A stretch of DNA of 64,000 nt from Dendrobates tinctorius (taxonomy: Eukaryota). Below the pieces are notes generated by a model. It had not been told where the DNA came from. It searched no databases and worked only from the letters and a program-made list of their open reading frames with translations. The translations under genes and the position numbers were made by a program. Below are positions 26,495-39,922 of the stretch, piece by piece (position 1 is the first letter of the stretch; each line of letters begins with the position of its first letter). The stretch covers positions 24,676,001-24,740,000 of the forward strand of contig NW_027361770.1 of the NCBI RefSeq assembly GCF_039654945.1. Reading direction: 5' to 3'.

Positions 26495-27172
26495 TGTCAA
26501 GAAGTGACTGGCCCTGTGTGACACACATGACCCAACAATCAGTCGCTCAGTAAACGACAAACAAACAAGGGAACACCGGGGACACAACTACAACGGTGGG
26601 CCCTGCGATATAGAACGGGGAAATGGACACCTCATGCACTCTCCTGAGGCTGTGCCCTGGTCTATACTGACGTCCCTATACGGCTTCTTTCAAATCGTCG
26701 CCGAGCAGGATATCTTAGCCCTCACTTGCCCTGCACCTATCCCTCAGTAGGGAACTGGCAAGTGAGAACACTGGTCCCACCGCTGCACTAATACAGCACC
26801 AAGAGAAGATAAAATAGACAAGGTAAGACAAACAACACTTAGCTTTCTCTGCTGCAATGTACCGCACAGCAGAGTAAAGCACCAGATCACAGCATTCAGC
26901 TGAAGCACCACGGCACCAGAAAGCTCCTGTCTTCAGCACGGTTGGTTTCCAAAAGGACCTGTAGAACCAAAAGTCAGCTGATGCATCATGTGACCTTTTA
27001 AAGGAAGGTGGAGGTGGTCACCTCACCACCTGCATCAGCAAACTAACCAGCCATGGAATTATACTAGCGGCCACTGGGGGGGAAAACAGACATTAACCCT
27101 TGATGGCCAGAAAGGAAAAAGTTTATATGTGAGAATGCAGATCTGCCACAAATCCAAAAATGGATCATGACA
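26495..27172. mobile_element. Solo LTR
   Basis: TGTCA...TGACA termini, 5 bp TSD ACATA, homologous to 37965-38845. Confidence 0.85.
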
Positions 27173-29299
27173 ACATAACTGCTTAGGCCAGCTTGTATTC
27201 TTCAGTGAAAGTAGAGCAATTTTTCAAACATTTGATTAACACTGTGCCTAAACTTGCACTGTTGCTTTATATCCATTTAGTCCAGCAAAATTTTATTTAT
27301 TTCAACATTTGGTTCTAGATAACAATATATTATTGTATCCAAAATGTTGCATCATGTTCTCATATACTTAATGAGATTTTATATTAGAAGCATTAGACAG
27401 GTAGTTATTATTCATACACTGTTGTAGAACACAACTTTCCTTATGCCTGACAGAAAATAATTGAATGCTGAATATAACCTAAATAGCCTTAGTAAAATGT
27501 ATTTAACAATTCACATATTGACTGCAAGACCACTTTTAACAGAAGTTACACATTGCTGATGCTTTTGGAATCCAAATAGAAATGTAGCACATGGTAATGA
27601 TTTTGCAAATACTTTTCTAGTCCAAAATCAATTATATTGATTGTCATTAAAGCAGCAAGCTAAAAACAATGAAGTGGTTTCTAATTTTCAGGCTCCTGGT
27701 GGACTCGGCTCTATCTCTTCCTCTTCCTAGTTAAGGGTATCATTAAATGGTAAAAGCAAACAGCCTAGTGAGAGGCCAAGTGTTTTATTAATTCATCATC
27801 AGAATTATCCTAGTGCATTAATATTAATAGCTTTAAATTGGATTCCATTTAGGAAGTGAAATAAATATGCCGTTAGTAAAAGCCTATATAGCTGATGAAT
27901 CCTTGGAAACGGCGCTTATGCAGGCAATGCAAAAATAGATTTGATAAGTCCTCTTAACTTTTGTTAGACTAGGGGCACCTTCCGGATAAAGTTTCATGTA
28001 CAGAAAAGATTGCTTAACCTTTTGCTATTTAACAAGAATACAATCCTTGTTTATACAGTTTGATCTGTCTATTATCAGTCTACCCATCCATTTGTATACT
28101 GGCAGGATGCTAGGAGTATAAAAAATACTATCAATTAAAAACACAACAAAAAGCAACTAAATTATGTAGTCTTTAAGAAATATTGATACTAGCAATGAGA
28201 AAATCTGCTGAAATTCAATTTTTTTCATCTTCACTCAAATTTGGCTAAGAAATTTGTTTCACCTTTAATCCATGAAATCCAAATCAAAGTTGCCTTTTTA
28301 AGACATATAATATGTTCTGAGGTTTCTCCAGACCCTAGAAAATAATAACCAAAAAGTAAAAAAAACTTAAACATAATACTCACTTTTTCCTCTGCCCTCT
28401 CCTATCCAACCTTGCAGTCCCCTCTGGTTCTGGTGACTTGGGTTCTTTGGGGCCTCTAGGCCTCTTGAAGTCATAACCTTTTGAGATTTAATCAGTGCTG
28501 GAGCCTCTAAAGATCCTGGAGTGATCAGTGCTGGAGTGATCTGGGCAGCGGGATACATAAGAGGTGATTATATTTATTTAGTTTAGTATTTCTTCTGACT
28601 ATATAATGAGTCCAGGAAAATAGCAGTAGGCCTCTAGTTTGTTGGATTGAAGCAAATTTTAAGTCTGGTAACTAATTTTTTTTTAGTAAAAAATTCAAAG
28701 GAGATGGCAGAAATGAGAGGAAGACACTGCTGGCCTGAGCCTTTCCTCACACGATGCATTAGGTGCTGGGGCCATATGTAATCAAAAATTTTCTGTGGAT
28801 TAATGGACATTATAAGGAACTTTTTTCAGACACAAGCTACTTTTAGGAACAATACATACTAATACAACCTTACACGTATTGCTGGTATCCTCCTATATAT
28901 ACATAAACAGCTTTGCATCCTGCACTTTGCCAGCCATTTCCAATATACCTATTTCTTATATAGTTTTTAGTTAACAATATATGAATATATGCAGTCAATC
29001 ATCATTTTATATTATTATTGTATTGTTTTATTATCTTTGTAAGTATATTCTATTTTAGTATTCCCCTTTTTTGCTATTTTGTCTTTTGTACTGGTTGCTT
29101 TTGTAAAAGTTGTTACAGGCCTATCCATAGTGCAGAAGCTATTTCTAAAAAAAAAGCTAATTTATTTGCTTTGAATCAATCCTCTCATCTCTAACTAACA
29201 CATATCAGTTGCATTTATGTTCAACCTATTATATTACAATGTATTGTAAGGCGTAAATGATATTCTTTTTCAATACTAGTTTTTCTCTTCTCTATCTTA

Positions 29300-29717
29300 G
29301 GCTACTTTCACACTAGCGTCGGCCGACGGACGTCGCACTGCGTCGTGCCGACATACCGTCGCACGCTGTGAAAGTTTTGCACAACGGGGCAGCGGATGCA
29401 GTTTTTCAACGCATCCGCTGCCCCATTGTAATGTTCAGGGAGGAGGGGGCAGAGTTTCGGCCGCGCATGCGCGGTCGAAAATGGCAGACACGACGCACAA
29501 AAAACGTTACATGTAACGTTTTTGTGTGCGTCGCAGCCGCCAAAACACGACACATCCGTCGCACGACGGATGTGACGTGTGGCCATACGTCGCAATGCGA
29601 CGCTAATGCAAGTCTATGGAGAAAAAACGCATCCTGCGGGCAACTTTGCAGAATGCATTTTTTCGCCAAAACGACGCATTGCGACGTGCGTCGGCCGACG
29701 CTACTATGAAAGTAGCC
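29300..29717. mobile_element. Harbinger-type MITE, CpG-rich
   Basis: TIR GGCTACTTTCAC(ACTAGCGTCGGCCGACG), flanked by TTA / TAA. Confidence 0.8.
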
Positions 29718-29994
29718 TAATTGTTGTTAGTCTTATAGATGGAAATGCTTCTTAATTAGAATATATCACCTAAATTTTGGGATACACACTTGTCAGATAA
29801 TGAAATTTGGGTACATTCAAGGTTGTATGAATTAGAAAAAATCAAGTAGTCTTAGAAACACATTGTCTGGGAGTCATATGTTGATGACCTATAAGTGTGA
29901 ATAGGAGATAAACTGCAATACTTTGTAGCAGCCACAAAACAATATATGGATATGTGGTCTTACTATTATTATTCTTTAATTATTTTTAGAGCAC

Positions 29995-30797
29995 TGTTAT
30001 GATTGAGTCACCGTAGGAGGCAAAAACAGAAATGCTAGCTAAGTCCAGAAAACCAGAGAAGTTGGCAGCTATCGGATTGCAGACCCCTGAACCTATCAAC
30101 ACAACTAGCAGTAGCCGTGGGGGGTTCCTACGATGCCCTAGACCCCTCGATCACAGCCGGAGAATTAAATAGGCCTAAAGAAAGAAAGGGGAAATCTAAA
30201 CTGCCCCAGAGCAGACCCCAAAGCAATAGGCAGCCCCCAACATATAATGACGGTGAAGCAAGATGAAAATACTAACACAGACAAAAAAATAGACTGAGCA
30301 AAGAGGGGCCCAAGCTAACTAGATAGAAAAGGACAGGAAGGCTGCTATCTGCAATCCGTGAAAAACCCTATGAAAATAAGAGCCAACAGACTGACAGTGA
30401 AAAAGGCCCTGAAGACGCTAGGCTTCAAAAAAGCTATGTCAGTACTCAGGAATATACTGAAGACAGAGCTACAGGCAAAAGGAGATTCAGCTCACCCCAG
30501 CAGGGAATGGCAGAATACTGAAAAGCAAGGAAAACAAAAAACAAAACAAAAAAGCTAACAGGCAAAACAGAAAACTTAGCTTTAGGGAGCAGGAATCAGA
30601 CTGGTGTCCTAGAAGTCCACAGAGAAATCACCCGCAGGGCAGAAGGGCGTCGGCAGCCTTATATCCAGTCCGTGACTCCACTCAGCCAGTCATCCTTATT
30701 AGACTCAGGTGCCTGATAATCAGGCTCATTACCTTCCTTTACCAGAATAGGGAGTTCACCAGACCTCAGTGACGAAGGGGAAAATGAACTCACAACA
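29995..30797 (-). repeat. 3' LTR
   Basis: Direct repeat of 34981-35783; adjacent polypurine tract (GTACCTCCCCCTT on the plus strand). Confidence 0.95.
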
Positions 30798-30799
30798 GT

Positions 30800-33541
30800 A
30801 CCTCCCCCTTGAGGAGGGGTCACCGAACCCTCAACCACGCCACCAGGGCGATCAGGGTGAGCCCGATGAAATGCACGCACCAATCTTTTGGCATGAATAT
30901 CAGAGGCAGAGACCCAGGAATTATCCTCCTGACATAACCCTTCCACTTAACTAAATACTGGAGTCTCCGTCTAGCCAGACGGGAAACCAGTATTTTCTCT
31001 ACCTCATATTCCATGTTACCTTCAACCAATACTGGGTCTGGAGGTGCCACCCCAGGAACAACTGGTTCAACAAACCTCTTCAACAAGGACTTATGGAACA
31101 CATTATGGATTTTAAATGTGACAGGAAGAGCCAAATGAAAAGAGACCGGATTAATAATCTCCAAAATCTTGTAAGGTCCAATAAATCTAAGCTTAAACTT
31201 AGGACAAACCACCTTCATAGCAATATTTTTTGATGATAACCACACCATATCACCAATCTTAAACTGGGGACCAATGGTCCTATGTCGATTGGAAAACCGC
31301 TGGGCCTTTTCCTGCGAGAGAGATAACTTATCCACCACTTGATCCCAGATCTGGTGCATTCTCTCCACCACAGTGTCAACACCTGGGCAGGCAGAATGCT
31401 CCACCTGCCCTGAAGAAAATCGAGGATGAAACCCAAAGTTACAAAAAAAAGGTGACATCAAAGTGGCAGAACTAGCTCTATTATTTAAAGTAAATTCGGC
31501 CAAGGGCAAAAATGAAACCCAATCATCCTGATCAGCAGAAATAAAACATCTCAAATACGACTCCAAGGTCTGGTTTGTTCTCTCTGTCTGCCCATTAGTC
31601 TGAGGGTGAAAAGCAGAGGAGAAGGACAACTGAATTCCCAGCTTGGAACAGAAAGTCCTCCAAAATCTAGACACAAACTGAACTCCTCTGTCAGATACAA
31701 TGTTCTCAGGAATCCCGTGTAAGCGAACCACCTGTTGCAAAAACAGGGGCACCAACTCAGAGGAAGATGGCAACTTAGGGAGTGGTACAAGATGAACCAT
31801 CTTAGAGAACCTATCACAAATCACCCAAATAACAGTCATTCTTTGAGAGACCGGCATATCAGAGATGAAATCCATTGAAATATGGGTCCATGGCCTCCTG
31901 GGGACCGGCAAAGGCATCAACAACCCACTAGAGCGAGAACAAGATTTAGACCGGGAGCAAGTCCCACAGGACTGCACAAAATTCCTGACATCATGAGACA
32001 AGGTGGGCCACCAAAAAGAGCGACTCACCAGATCTCTAGTACCAAAAATACCTGGATGACCAGCCAATGCAGAGCAATGAACTTCAGACATCACTCTCTT
32101 CTTCCACTGGTCAGGAACATACAACTTTCCACTGGGACAATGCTCAGGTTTGTCCTCCTGGAACACTTGCAGAGCAAGTCTCAAATCGGGTGAGATGGCA
32201 GAAAGAGCTACCCCTTCGCCTAAGATGGTAGCAGGCTTGGTCACCACAGGAGAATCAGCAAAGAAACTCCTAGAGAGGGCATCTGCCTTGACATTCTTAG
32301 TTCCAGGAAGAAAAGAGACCACAAAATCTAAACGTGTAAAAAACAAGGCCCACCTAGCCTGTCTATGGTTTAAGCGTTTAGCTGACTCTAGGTAAATCAA
32401 ATTCTTGTGGTCAGTGAGGACCACAACTTGATGTTTAGCTCCCTCCAACCAATGTCTCCACTCCTCAAATGCCCATTTCATGGCCAACAGTTCCCGATTC
32501 CCCACATCATAGTTACGTTCAGATGGAGAGAACTTTCGGGAAAAGAAAGCACAGGGATTCATTTTAGATGTTACAGGATCCTTTTGGGACAAAACAGCTC
32601 CTGCACTAATCTCAGAAGCATCCACCTCTACCTGGAACGGGAGTGAGACATCAGGTTGCTGCAAAACCGGGGCAGAGGTAAATCTTCGCTTCAGCTCCTG
32701 AAAGGAAGCAACAGCCTCAGGAGACCAATCCAACACATCAGCACCCTTCTTAGTCAGATCAGTCAATGGCTTGGCAATACTAGAAAATTTTGCTATAAAT
32801 TTCCGATAAAAATTAGCAAAACCCAAAAACTTCTGGAGGGCCTTCAAAGAAGTGGGCTGAACCCAATCATAAATGGCCTGTACCTTGGCCGGGTCCATTT
32901 CAATAGTTGACGGAGACAAAATAAATCCCAAAAATGAAATCCTCTGTACTCCAAAAAGGCATTTCGATCCTTTGACATACAGGGAATTCTCCCTCAAGAT
33001 CCGGAACACAGTCCGAATATGTTCCACATGAGAATCCCAATCCTTGGAGAAGATCAAAATATCATCCAGATAGATAATCAAAAATTTATCGACAAAGTCC
33101 CGGAAAATATCGTTCATGAAGCACTGGAAGACAGAAGGGGCATTAGTGAGCCCAAAAGGCATCACCAGGTACTCAAAATGTCCCTCCGGAGTATTAAACG
33201 CGTCTTCCATTCATCCCCCTGCTTAATGCGGATAAGATTATACGCCCCCCTGAGGTCAAGCTTGGTAAACCAGCAAGCACCTCTAACTCTAGAAAATAGA
33301 TCCGAAATCAGGGGTAACGGATACTGATATTTAATAGTAATTTTATTGAGGGCACGATAATCAATACAAGGCCTTAAAGAACCATCCTTTTTGGCCACAA
33401 AAAAAACCCCAGCACCTAAGGGTGAAGAGGATGGTCTAATATGACCCTTCTCCAACGCCTCCTTAATATAGGACCGCATAGCCTCGTGCTCGGGTACAGA
33501 TAAATTGAAGAGCCGACCCTTGGGAAATTTACACCCTGGGC
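30800..33541 (-). pseudogene. pol: Pol: RT, RNase H, integrase, chromodomain (frameshifted)
   Basis: [60 protein letters not shown]. Frame breaks near 33550, 33200 and 30930. Confidence 0.93.
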
Positions 33542-34831
33542 TTAGTTCAATTGCACATAACTCCTATGAGGAGGCAAGGACGCAGACTCATTCTCACTAA
33601 ATACATCATAAAAGTCCGCCAAATAGTCAGGAACATCATGCGACTGAGGAGAGGTGGAAAAAACCGGAGCCTCACTAAAGGCACACCGACAACCCCAACT
33701 CACCACAGACACAGATTTACAATCCAAAACTGGATTATGAATTTGCAACCAGGGAAACCCCAGAACAACGGCATCATGCAGACCATGCAATACCAAAAAT
33801 CTGCAATTTTCTTGATGGTCTGGGGCGACCCGCATGACCACCTGGGTCCAAAACTGAGGTTTATTTTTAGCCAAAAGAGTAGCATCAATCCCCCTCAAAG
33901 GGATAGGCGTCTGCAGAGGTGTCATCGGAAATCCACAAAGTTTAGCAAAATCCAAGTCCATTAGGTTTAGCGCTGCTCCTGAATCCACAAAAGCCTTGGC
34001 GGAAAATGTGGACAGGGAGCAGATCAGAGTAATTGCCAGAAGAAACTTAGGTTGAACACCACCAACAGAAAACGTGTGTGCAAAGCGTTTCTCTCGTTTA
34101 GGACAAACAGAAATAATATGCGAGGCATCTCCACAGAAAAAACACAGCTTATTACACATTCTGAACTCCTGACGTTGCGCCTTAGACAAAACTCTATCAC
34201 ATTGCATAGGTTCGGACGTCTGTTCAACCGGTGGCAACACCTCTCGTGCAATCCTGCGTTCACGTAAACGCCGATCAACCTGAATGGCTAATGACATAAA
34301 ATCGTCCAGACCAGAGGGAACAGGAAATCCCACCATAGTATCTTTTACGGCTTCTGACAAACCCTTCCGAAAGAGAGCAGCCAAGGCATTATCATTCCAG
34401 GTAGTAAGGACCGCCCACTTTCGGAACTTTTGACAGTACAACTCTGCAGAATCTCGACCCTGGTTCAATGCCAACAGGGTCTTTTCAGCCTGATCAATAG
34501 CATTAGGTTCGTCATACAACAACCCCAAAGCTTGAAAGAATGCGTTCACATTAGTCAGAATAGGATCATCTGGTTTCAAAGAAAAAGCCCAATCCTGGGG
34601 ATCGCCACGCAGCAAAGAGATGACAATTTTAACCTGCTGCGCGGAGCTCCCTGACGAGTTAGGCTTCAAGGCAAAAAATAATTTACAATTATTTTTGAAA
34701 CTCAAAAATTTAGATTGATCCCCAAAAAATACATCAGGAGTAGGGATCTTTGGTTCAACAGCATGCAAACGAGCAAGGTAGGCGGAAATTCCCCACACTT
34801 CCGCAGCGAGCTGCTCCACATGATCAGACAA
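33542..34831 (-). CDS. gag: Gag (retrotransposon capsid, CCHC zinc knuckle) plus aspartic protease
   Basis: [14 protein letters not shown] knuckle; AFVDSGA protease motif; frameshift at the end into pol. Confidence 0.88.
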   Translation of the reverse strand: MSDHVEQLAAEVWGISAYLARLHAVEPKIPTPDVFFGDQSKFLSFKNNCKLFFALKPNSSGSSAQQVKIVISLLRGDPQDWAFSLKPDDPILTNVNAFFQALGLLYDEPNAIDQAEKTLLALNQGRDSAELYCQKFRKWAVLTTWNDNALAALFRKGLSEAVKDTMVGFPVPSGLDDFMSLAIQVDRRLRERRIAREVLPPVEQTSEPMQCDRVLSKAQRQEFRMCNKLCFFCGDASHIISVCPKREKRFAHTFSVGGVQPKFLLAITLICSLSTFSAKAFVDSGAALNLMDLDFAKLCGFPMTPLQTPIPLRGIDATLLAKNKPQFWTQVVMRVAPDHQENCRFLVLHGLHDAVVLGFPWLQIHNPVLDCKSVSVVSWGCRCAFSEAPVFSTSPQSHDVPDYLADFYDVFSENESASLPPHRSYVQLN

Positions 34832-34980
34832 TTGCTTTATCTCAATTGAGAGAAAAAAAAATTCCCCCTACGGCCTCAGAGATATAGAGGAAAGAATATA
34901 CACACACTTTTTTTTTTTTTTTAAACACAATTCTTTCCTGCTATTGAGTACCCTAGGATCTGCGGTATGGCGGGTGATTC

Positions 34981-35783
34981 TGTTATGATTGAGTCACCGT
35001 AGGAGGCAAAAACAGAAATGCTAGCTAAGTCCAGAAAACCAGAGAAGTTGGCAGCTATCGGATTGCAGACCCCTGAACCTATCAACACAGCTAGCAGTAG
35101 CCATGGGGGGTTCCTACGATGCCCTAGACCCTTCGACCACAGCCGGAGAATTAAATAGGCCTAAAGAAAGAAAGGGGAAATCTAAACTGCCCCAGAGCAG
35201 ACCCCAAAGCAATAGGCAGCCCCCAACATATAATGACGGTGAAGCAAGATGAAAATACTAACACAGACAGAAAGATAGACTGAGCAAAGAGGGGCCCAAG
35301 CTAACTAGATAGAAAAGGACAGGAAGGCTGCTGTCTGCAATCCGTGAAAAACCCTATGAAAATAAGAGCCAACAGACTGACAGTGAAAAAGGCCCTGAAG
35401 ACGCTAGGCTTCAAAAAAGCTATGTCAGTACTCAGGAATATACTGAAGACAGAGCTACAGGCAAAAGGAGATTCAGCTCACCCCAGCAGGGAATGGCAGA
35501 ATATTGAAAAGCAAGGAAAACAAAAAACAAAACAAAAAAGTTAACAGGCAAAACAGAAAACTTAGCTTTAGGGAGCAGGAATCAGACTGGTGTCCTAGAA
35601 GTCCACAGAGAAATCACCCGCAGGGCAGAAGAGCATCGGCAGCCTTATATCCATTCCATGACTCCACTCAGCCAGTCATCCTTATTAGACTCAGGTGCCT
35701 GATAATCAGGCTCATTACCTTCCTTTACCAGAATAGGGAGTTCACCAGACCCCAGTGACGAAGGGGAAAATGAACTCACAACA
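34981..35783 (-). repeat. 5' LTR
   Basis: Direct repeat of 29995-30797; lies upstream of gag on the minus strand. Confidence 0.95.
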
Positions 35784-35789
35784 GAGCAC

Positions 35790-36585
35790 CATTGATGCCA
35801 TCATGCTGTACATGAGAAGACGTTAAAAACAAAATTGCAGTGAGCAAACTACAAATGGCCGACCGCTACAGAGTTGAGAGGGCCATGTCCTTACGGGCTT
35901 AAATTCTACAGCATAATAAGGAAAGAGACAGTAGGTTGGGGAGGGGTTGTAACAGCTCCAGTGGTGGTCAGGTGGCGGGGGGGTCAATGCACACTGTAAG
36001 CTTGCTTAAAGAGATGAATTTTCAAATTCTGTTTGAAAATTCTGAAACTCCCGGATACTCGAGTGTGTTGGGGCACAGAATTCCAGAGTAAGGGGGATGC
36101 TCAGGAGAAGCACTGGAGGTAACTGGGTGAAGAGCATTTAAGTGTGGAGAAAGAAGGTTGTGAGAGAATCGGAGATTACGTGTTGGAAGGAGATTAGTTC
36201 GGAGTTATATGCAGAAGACTGATTATGGACAGGTTTGTAAGTCAATGTCTATAGTTTGAAATAAATATGTTGGGGAAATGGTAGCCAATGAAGGGATTTG
36301 CAGAGTGGTGTAGTGGAGGAATAGCATGGCGAGACGTGGATTAGTAACACAGCAGAATTAAGAACGGACAGGAGAGGTGCAAGACTGTTAGCAGGGAGGC
36401 CACAGAGCAGGATATTGCAGTCGTTGACATGGGAGATGATAAGGGCATGCACTAACATCTTTCACAGTTTAGAGTTCAGGGATTCAGGATTGAGGAAAGG
36501 ACGGATTCTGAAAATATTTTTGAGTTGGAAGCAGCGGGATAAGGCAAAAGCTTGGATGTGCGGTTTGAAGGACAGAGTCAGAGTT
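35790..36585 (-). mobile_element. L2-like LINE 3' fragment, target of the Gypsy insertion
   Basis: ORF 36249..36458 LVHALIISH..CN.LL.GLP..L.PL.SVLNSA..LI..TPLCKSLHWLP is the L2/CR1-group ORF2 C-terminus. Confidence 0.8.
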
Positions 36586-37964
36586 TGACAGTGGCATTTA
36601 ACATGTTAACAGCCGCGGGTGAATCACGATTTCACCAGTAGCTGTTCCAGGCACATGTCAGCTGTACAGATCAGCTGTCATGTGCCGGAAAAGGTGCGGG
36701 CTCATCACCGGAGCCCACACCAAACAGGGGGTGGTGTTCAATGATGGACTGTGTCCATCACTGGATGTTAAGGGGTTAAAAAACATGTAAAATAATTAAC
36801 TACATATTCAAATAATAATAAGAAACACATTAAACTCACATAACACCAAATCCCCGATGTGCTTGTCATCTATAAATATGTAAAATAAAAAACAACATAT
36901 ACTCACCTTAAAGCCCAATCCCCAATGCCCAAAAAACACCATATACTCTCCTGTCTGCCATAGTCCACGTAATCCCAAGTGTCCCATGGCGATCTCATGT
37001 GTAAAAAAGTCAAATTGCGAGATGTGACTGCTCTAACCAGCCACCAGCGATACCCTGACAGGAGCGTCATTGCTCCCACAGTGTACATCGCTGAGCTGCT
37101 GTGAGAGAGGTAAACCAAGAGGAGAGGGCGCATCACCATATGTAGTAAAAAAAAGATGCAAATGTAATAATGGGGTGCAATACCTAGTATGGATAATATC
37201 CATGAACTGGAGAGGAGAAAGACCAACCAAAAAAATGGTGTGCACATCCACATAATGACTAAAAATAGAAATCTTTATTTAGACACCTGAGACACAGCAA
37301 ACATTTAAACAACTTTAAAAACATGTGTTAAAGAACATGACAAATAAACCACACCCCTGAAGGTGGAATAATGAGGGACATAATAAACAATGAACCAGAT
37401 GGACCAAGCAATGAGAAGCACATATGCTATAAATAAGCCGCAAAATATCCACAATATAAGATGCAAAGCAAGACATACACATTCACAAATGGAGCATTAT
37501 GAAGATTAGAAAACATGTAAACAACAAGTATAATGACAAGTATAATGAACAGACTGAAACATCATGTTCCCAATAATATTAAACCCCAAATTGCAGCACA
37601 TTCTGTGGGCATATATGAGATGTAATGGTGACAGTGGATTTAAATCCAGACCACAAGGTGTGTGTATCTCTCCAGGTCTGAAGGCCTGGTTAGATGTAGA
37701 TGGTAAGAAATACCCAAACTATATGATGTATACAACCTGTGGTGTATAATCTGAGGGTGCAGCAGAATGCAAAGAGAATGGTAGCTTTCTGCATAGTGAT
37801 GCTGCGGCAACCTGGTCAGTTCAAGAGAGGCTCATGTATAGAGCCAAAATAAGTATAAAGTCCCAGTGAGAAAGGGGTGTGGGGAAAGCCCCACACATAT
37901 CGCTGTTGCAAGCAGCTTTGTCAGGGGAGTTGTCAGAGGTGCCAGTGTCAGAGCATAAATAGGT

Positions 37965-38845
37965 TGTCATGTGTACCTATCCTGTGTGACACGACCCACA
38001 GGTCGGTAACTGAAACAACAAAACTGTCACATGTACCTGTCCTGTGTGACATGACCCACAAGTCAGTAACTGAAACAACAAGACAAAAAGGGAACACCGG
38101 GGAAACAGTTACAATGGTGGGCCCTGCACTAGGGAATGGGGACGTGGAGACCTCCTGCACTCCCCTGAGGCAGTGTCCCTGAACATTCCTAATGTTCCCT
38201 ATACAGGCCTTTCACCTGTCGCCAACCAGGATACTTGAATCCCTCACTAGCCCTGCACCTATGCCTTATTAGGAAACTGGATAGTGCGGACACTGGTCCC
38301 ACCGCTGCACTAATACACACGAAGGAAAATACACCAAATGGGGAAAAACAACAAAACACTTATCTTTCTCTGCTGCAGTCACCGGGCAGCAGAGTTCATC
38401 ACCGGATTAGCTTTCAGCAGTGGCTTGACAACTCAGAGCCAGCTGCTACCTTCACCAGCTTTCTCTGCTGCAAACACCGGGCAGCAGAGTTTAGCAACAG
38501 ATCAGCTTTCAGCAGTGGCTAAACACCTCAGGTCCAGCTGCTAACTTCACCGTGGTTGGAATCTACCAAGGACCTGCTATGACCAACACCAGCTGATACA
38601 CCAGGTGACCTTATATAGCAAAGGAGGAGTGTTCACAATCAGCAGAGAAACAAAAGACATGTAATAACCCCTGTGAGCACCGGGAGCAAAAGGTAAAGCA
38701 AAGAAAACTATCAGACATGTCATAACACCTGTGGCCACCGGGGGCAAAAACCCATATTAAAGCCCCAAAGGCCTGAAAAGAAAAAAAAAAGGTTTAATTG
38801 AGGGAATCCAGAATCTGACACAGATCCAAGAATTGGACTGTGACA
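37965..38845. mobile_element. Solo LTR with internal 60 bp duplication
   Basis: TAGGT|TGTCA ... TGACA|TAGGT; 60 bp tandem repeat near the left end; homologous to 26495-27172. Confidence 0.85.
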
Positions 38846-39493
38846 TAGGTGAAGTAATCAGAGAAAACACATTACTGGTGTGGAGTGCTGGCTCAATGGA
38901 GCAGAAGGTGGGAGCCAATCGTGCAGAAAGAGCAATTGTATCAATGAGTTTATTTGCCATGTTCTTACACATTTTTTTAGTGGTTTTAATATTTGCTGTA
39001 TCTCAGGTGTCTAAACAAAGATTTCTATTTTTAGTCATTATGAGAATGTGCACACCATTTTTTGGTTGGTCTTTCTCCTCGCTGTGAGAGGTCACACGAG
39101 TTCATCAGCTGATGAACTCCGGAGAACTTTCTCAGGCAGTGGTGGTGCAGTAAGTGAGATTACCGGGGCTCATCACTTGAACTTTCTCACTGCAGCTCAG
39201 TGCTATACACTGCAGGAGCAATTACTTTCTGAGTCAGTGAGTAGCCAACTGTCCCTAAAAGCAGTCAAAACATTGACTGCTCTCGAAGTCATCAAGATCA
39301 TCGTGGAGCATTATGAATTATTATCTTCTCGGTGGACAGGTGAGGAATATTGTGGCTTATTATTTTATTTTTGTTACAGGAGACATTGGCTTCAGTTGAT
39401 TAGGTGTTTGGTAAGTATAGATTAATTTAGATTAATCCCCTGCTGAGAGGAACAGAGGCCGCTATCTGCAGACCGGATATAACTACAAGAGAA

Positions 39494-39922
39494 ATGTGCT
39501 GTCTTCCAGGTGCAAAAATTAAAGATGTGTCTGACAGGATATCAGGACTCTTCAGACCTACAGATGACTACCCATTCCTGCTACTACATGTGGGGACAAA
39601 TGACACCGCAAGAAACGACCTGGAAACCATCTGCAGAGACTTTGAAGACTTAGGCAAGAAAGTGAAAGAACTGGGAGCGCAGGTGGTCTTCTCTTCCATC
39701 CTCCCAGTGGATGGCCATGGAACAAGGAGGTGGAATAAGATTCTGCAGGTGAACAACTGGCTACGTCGATGGTGCCGTCAGCAACGATTTGGATTTCTGG
39801 ATCACGGAGTGAACTACTTATACGATGGACTACTTGCTAGAGATGGGGTGCACCTTACGAAGACTGGAAAGCATGTATTTGGAAGTCGCCTTGCTACACT
39901 TGTAAGGAGAGCTTTAAACTAG
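39494..39922 (+). CDS. CR1 ORF1 SGNH/GDSL esterase domain (partial)
   Basis: [15 protein letters not shown] and DGVHL motifs. Confidence 0.85.
   Translation: MCCLPGAKIKDVSDRISGLFRPTDDYPFLLLHVGTNDTARNDLETICRDFEDLGKKVKELGAQVVFSSILPVDGHGTRRWNKILQVNNWLRRWCRQQRFGFLDHGVNYLYDGLLARDGVHLTKTGKHVFGSRLATLVRRALN

Larger units (their letters stand above)
29995..35783 (-). mobile_element. Ty3/Gypsy chromovirus-type (sushi-like) LTR retrotransposon, full length
   Basis: 803 bp LTRs at 29995-30797 and 34981-35783 (TG...CA, about 14 differences by eye). TSD GAGCAC. PPT on the minus strand next to 30798. Confidence 0.97.

Noticed and set aside
30358-30558. Duplicated 66 aa ORF (also 35344-35544)
   Set aside because: Lies antisense within the two LTRs; the duplication is explained by LTR identity.
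33542-34831. Domesticated RTL1/PEG10-like gene
   Set aside because: Flanked by young LTRs and a TSD with frameshifted pol, so an ordinary retrotransposon copy.
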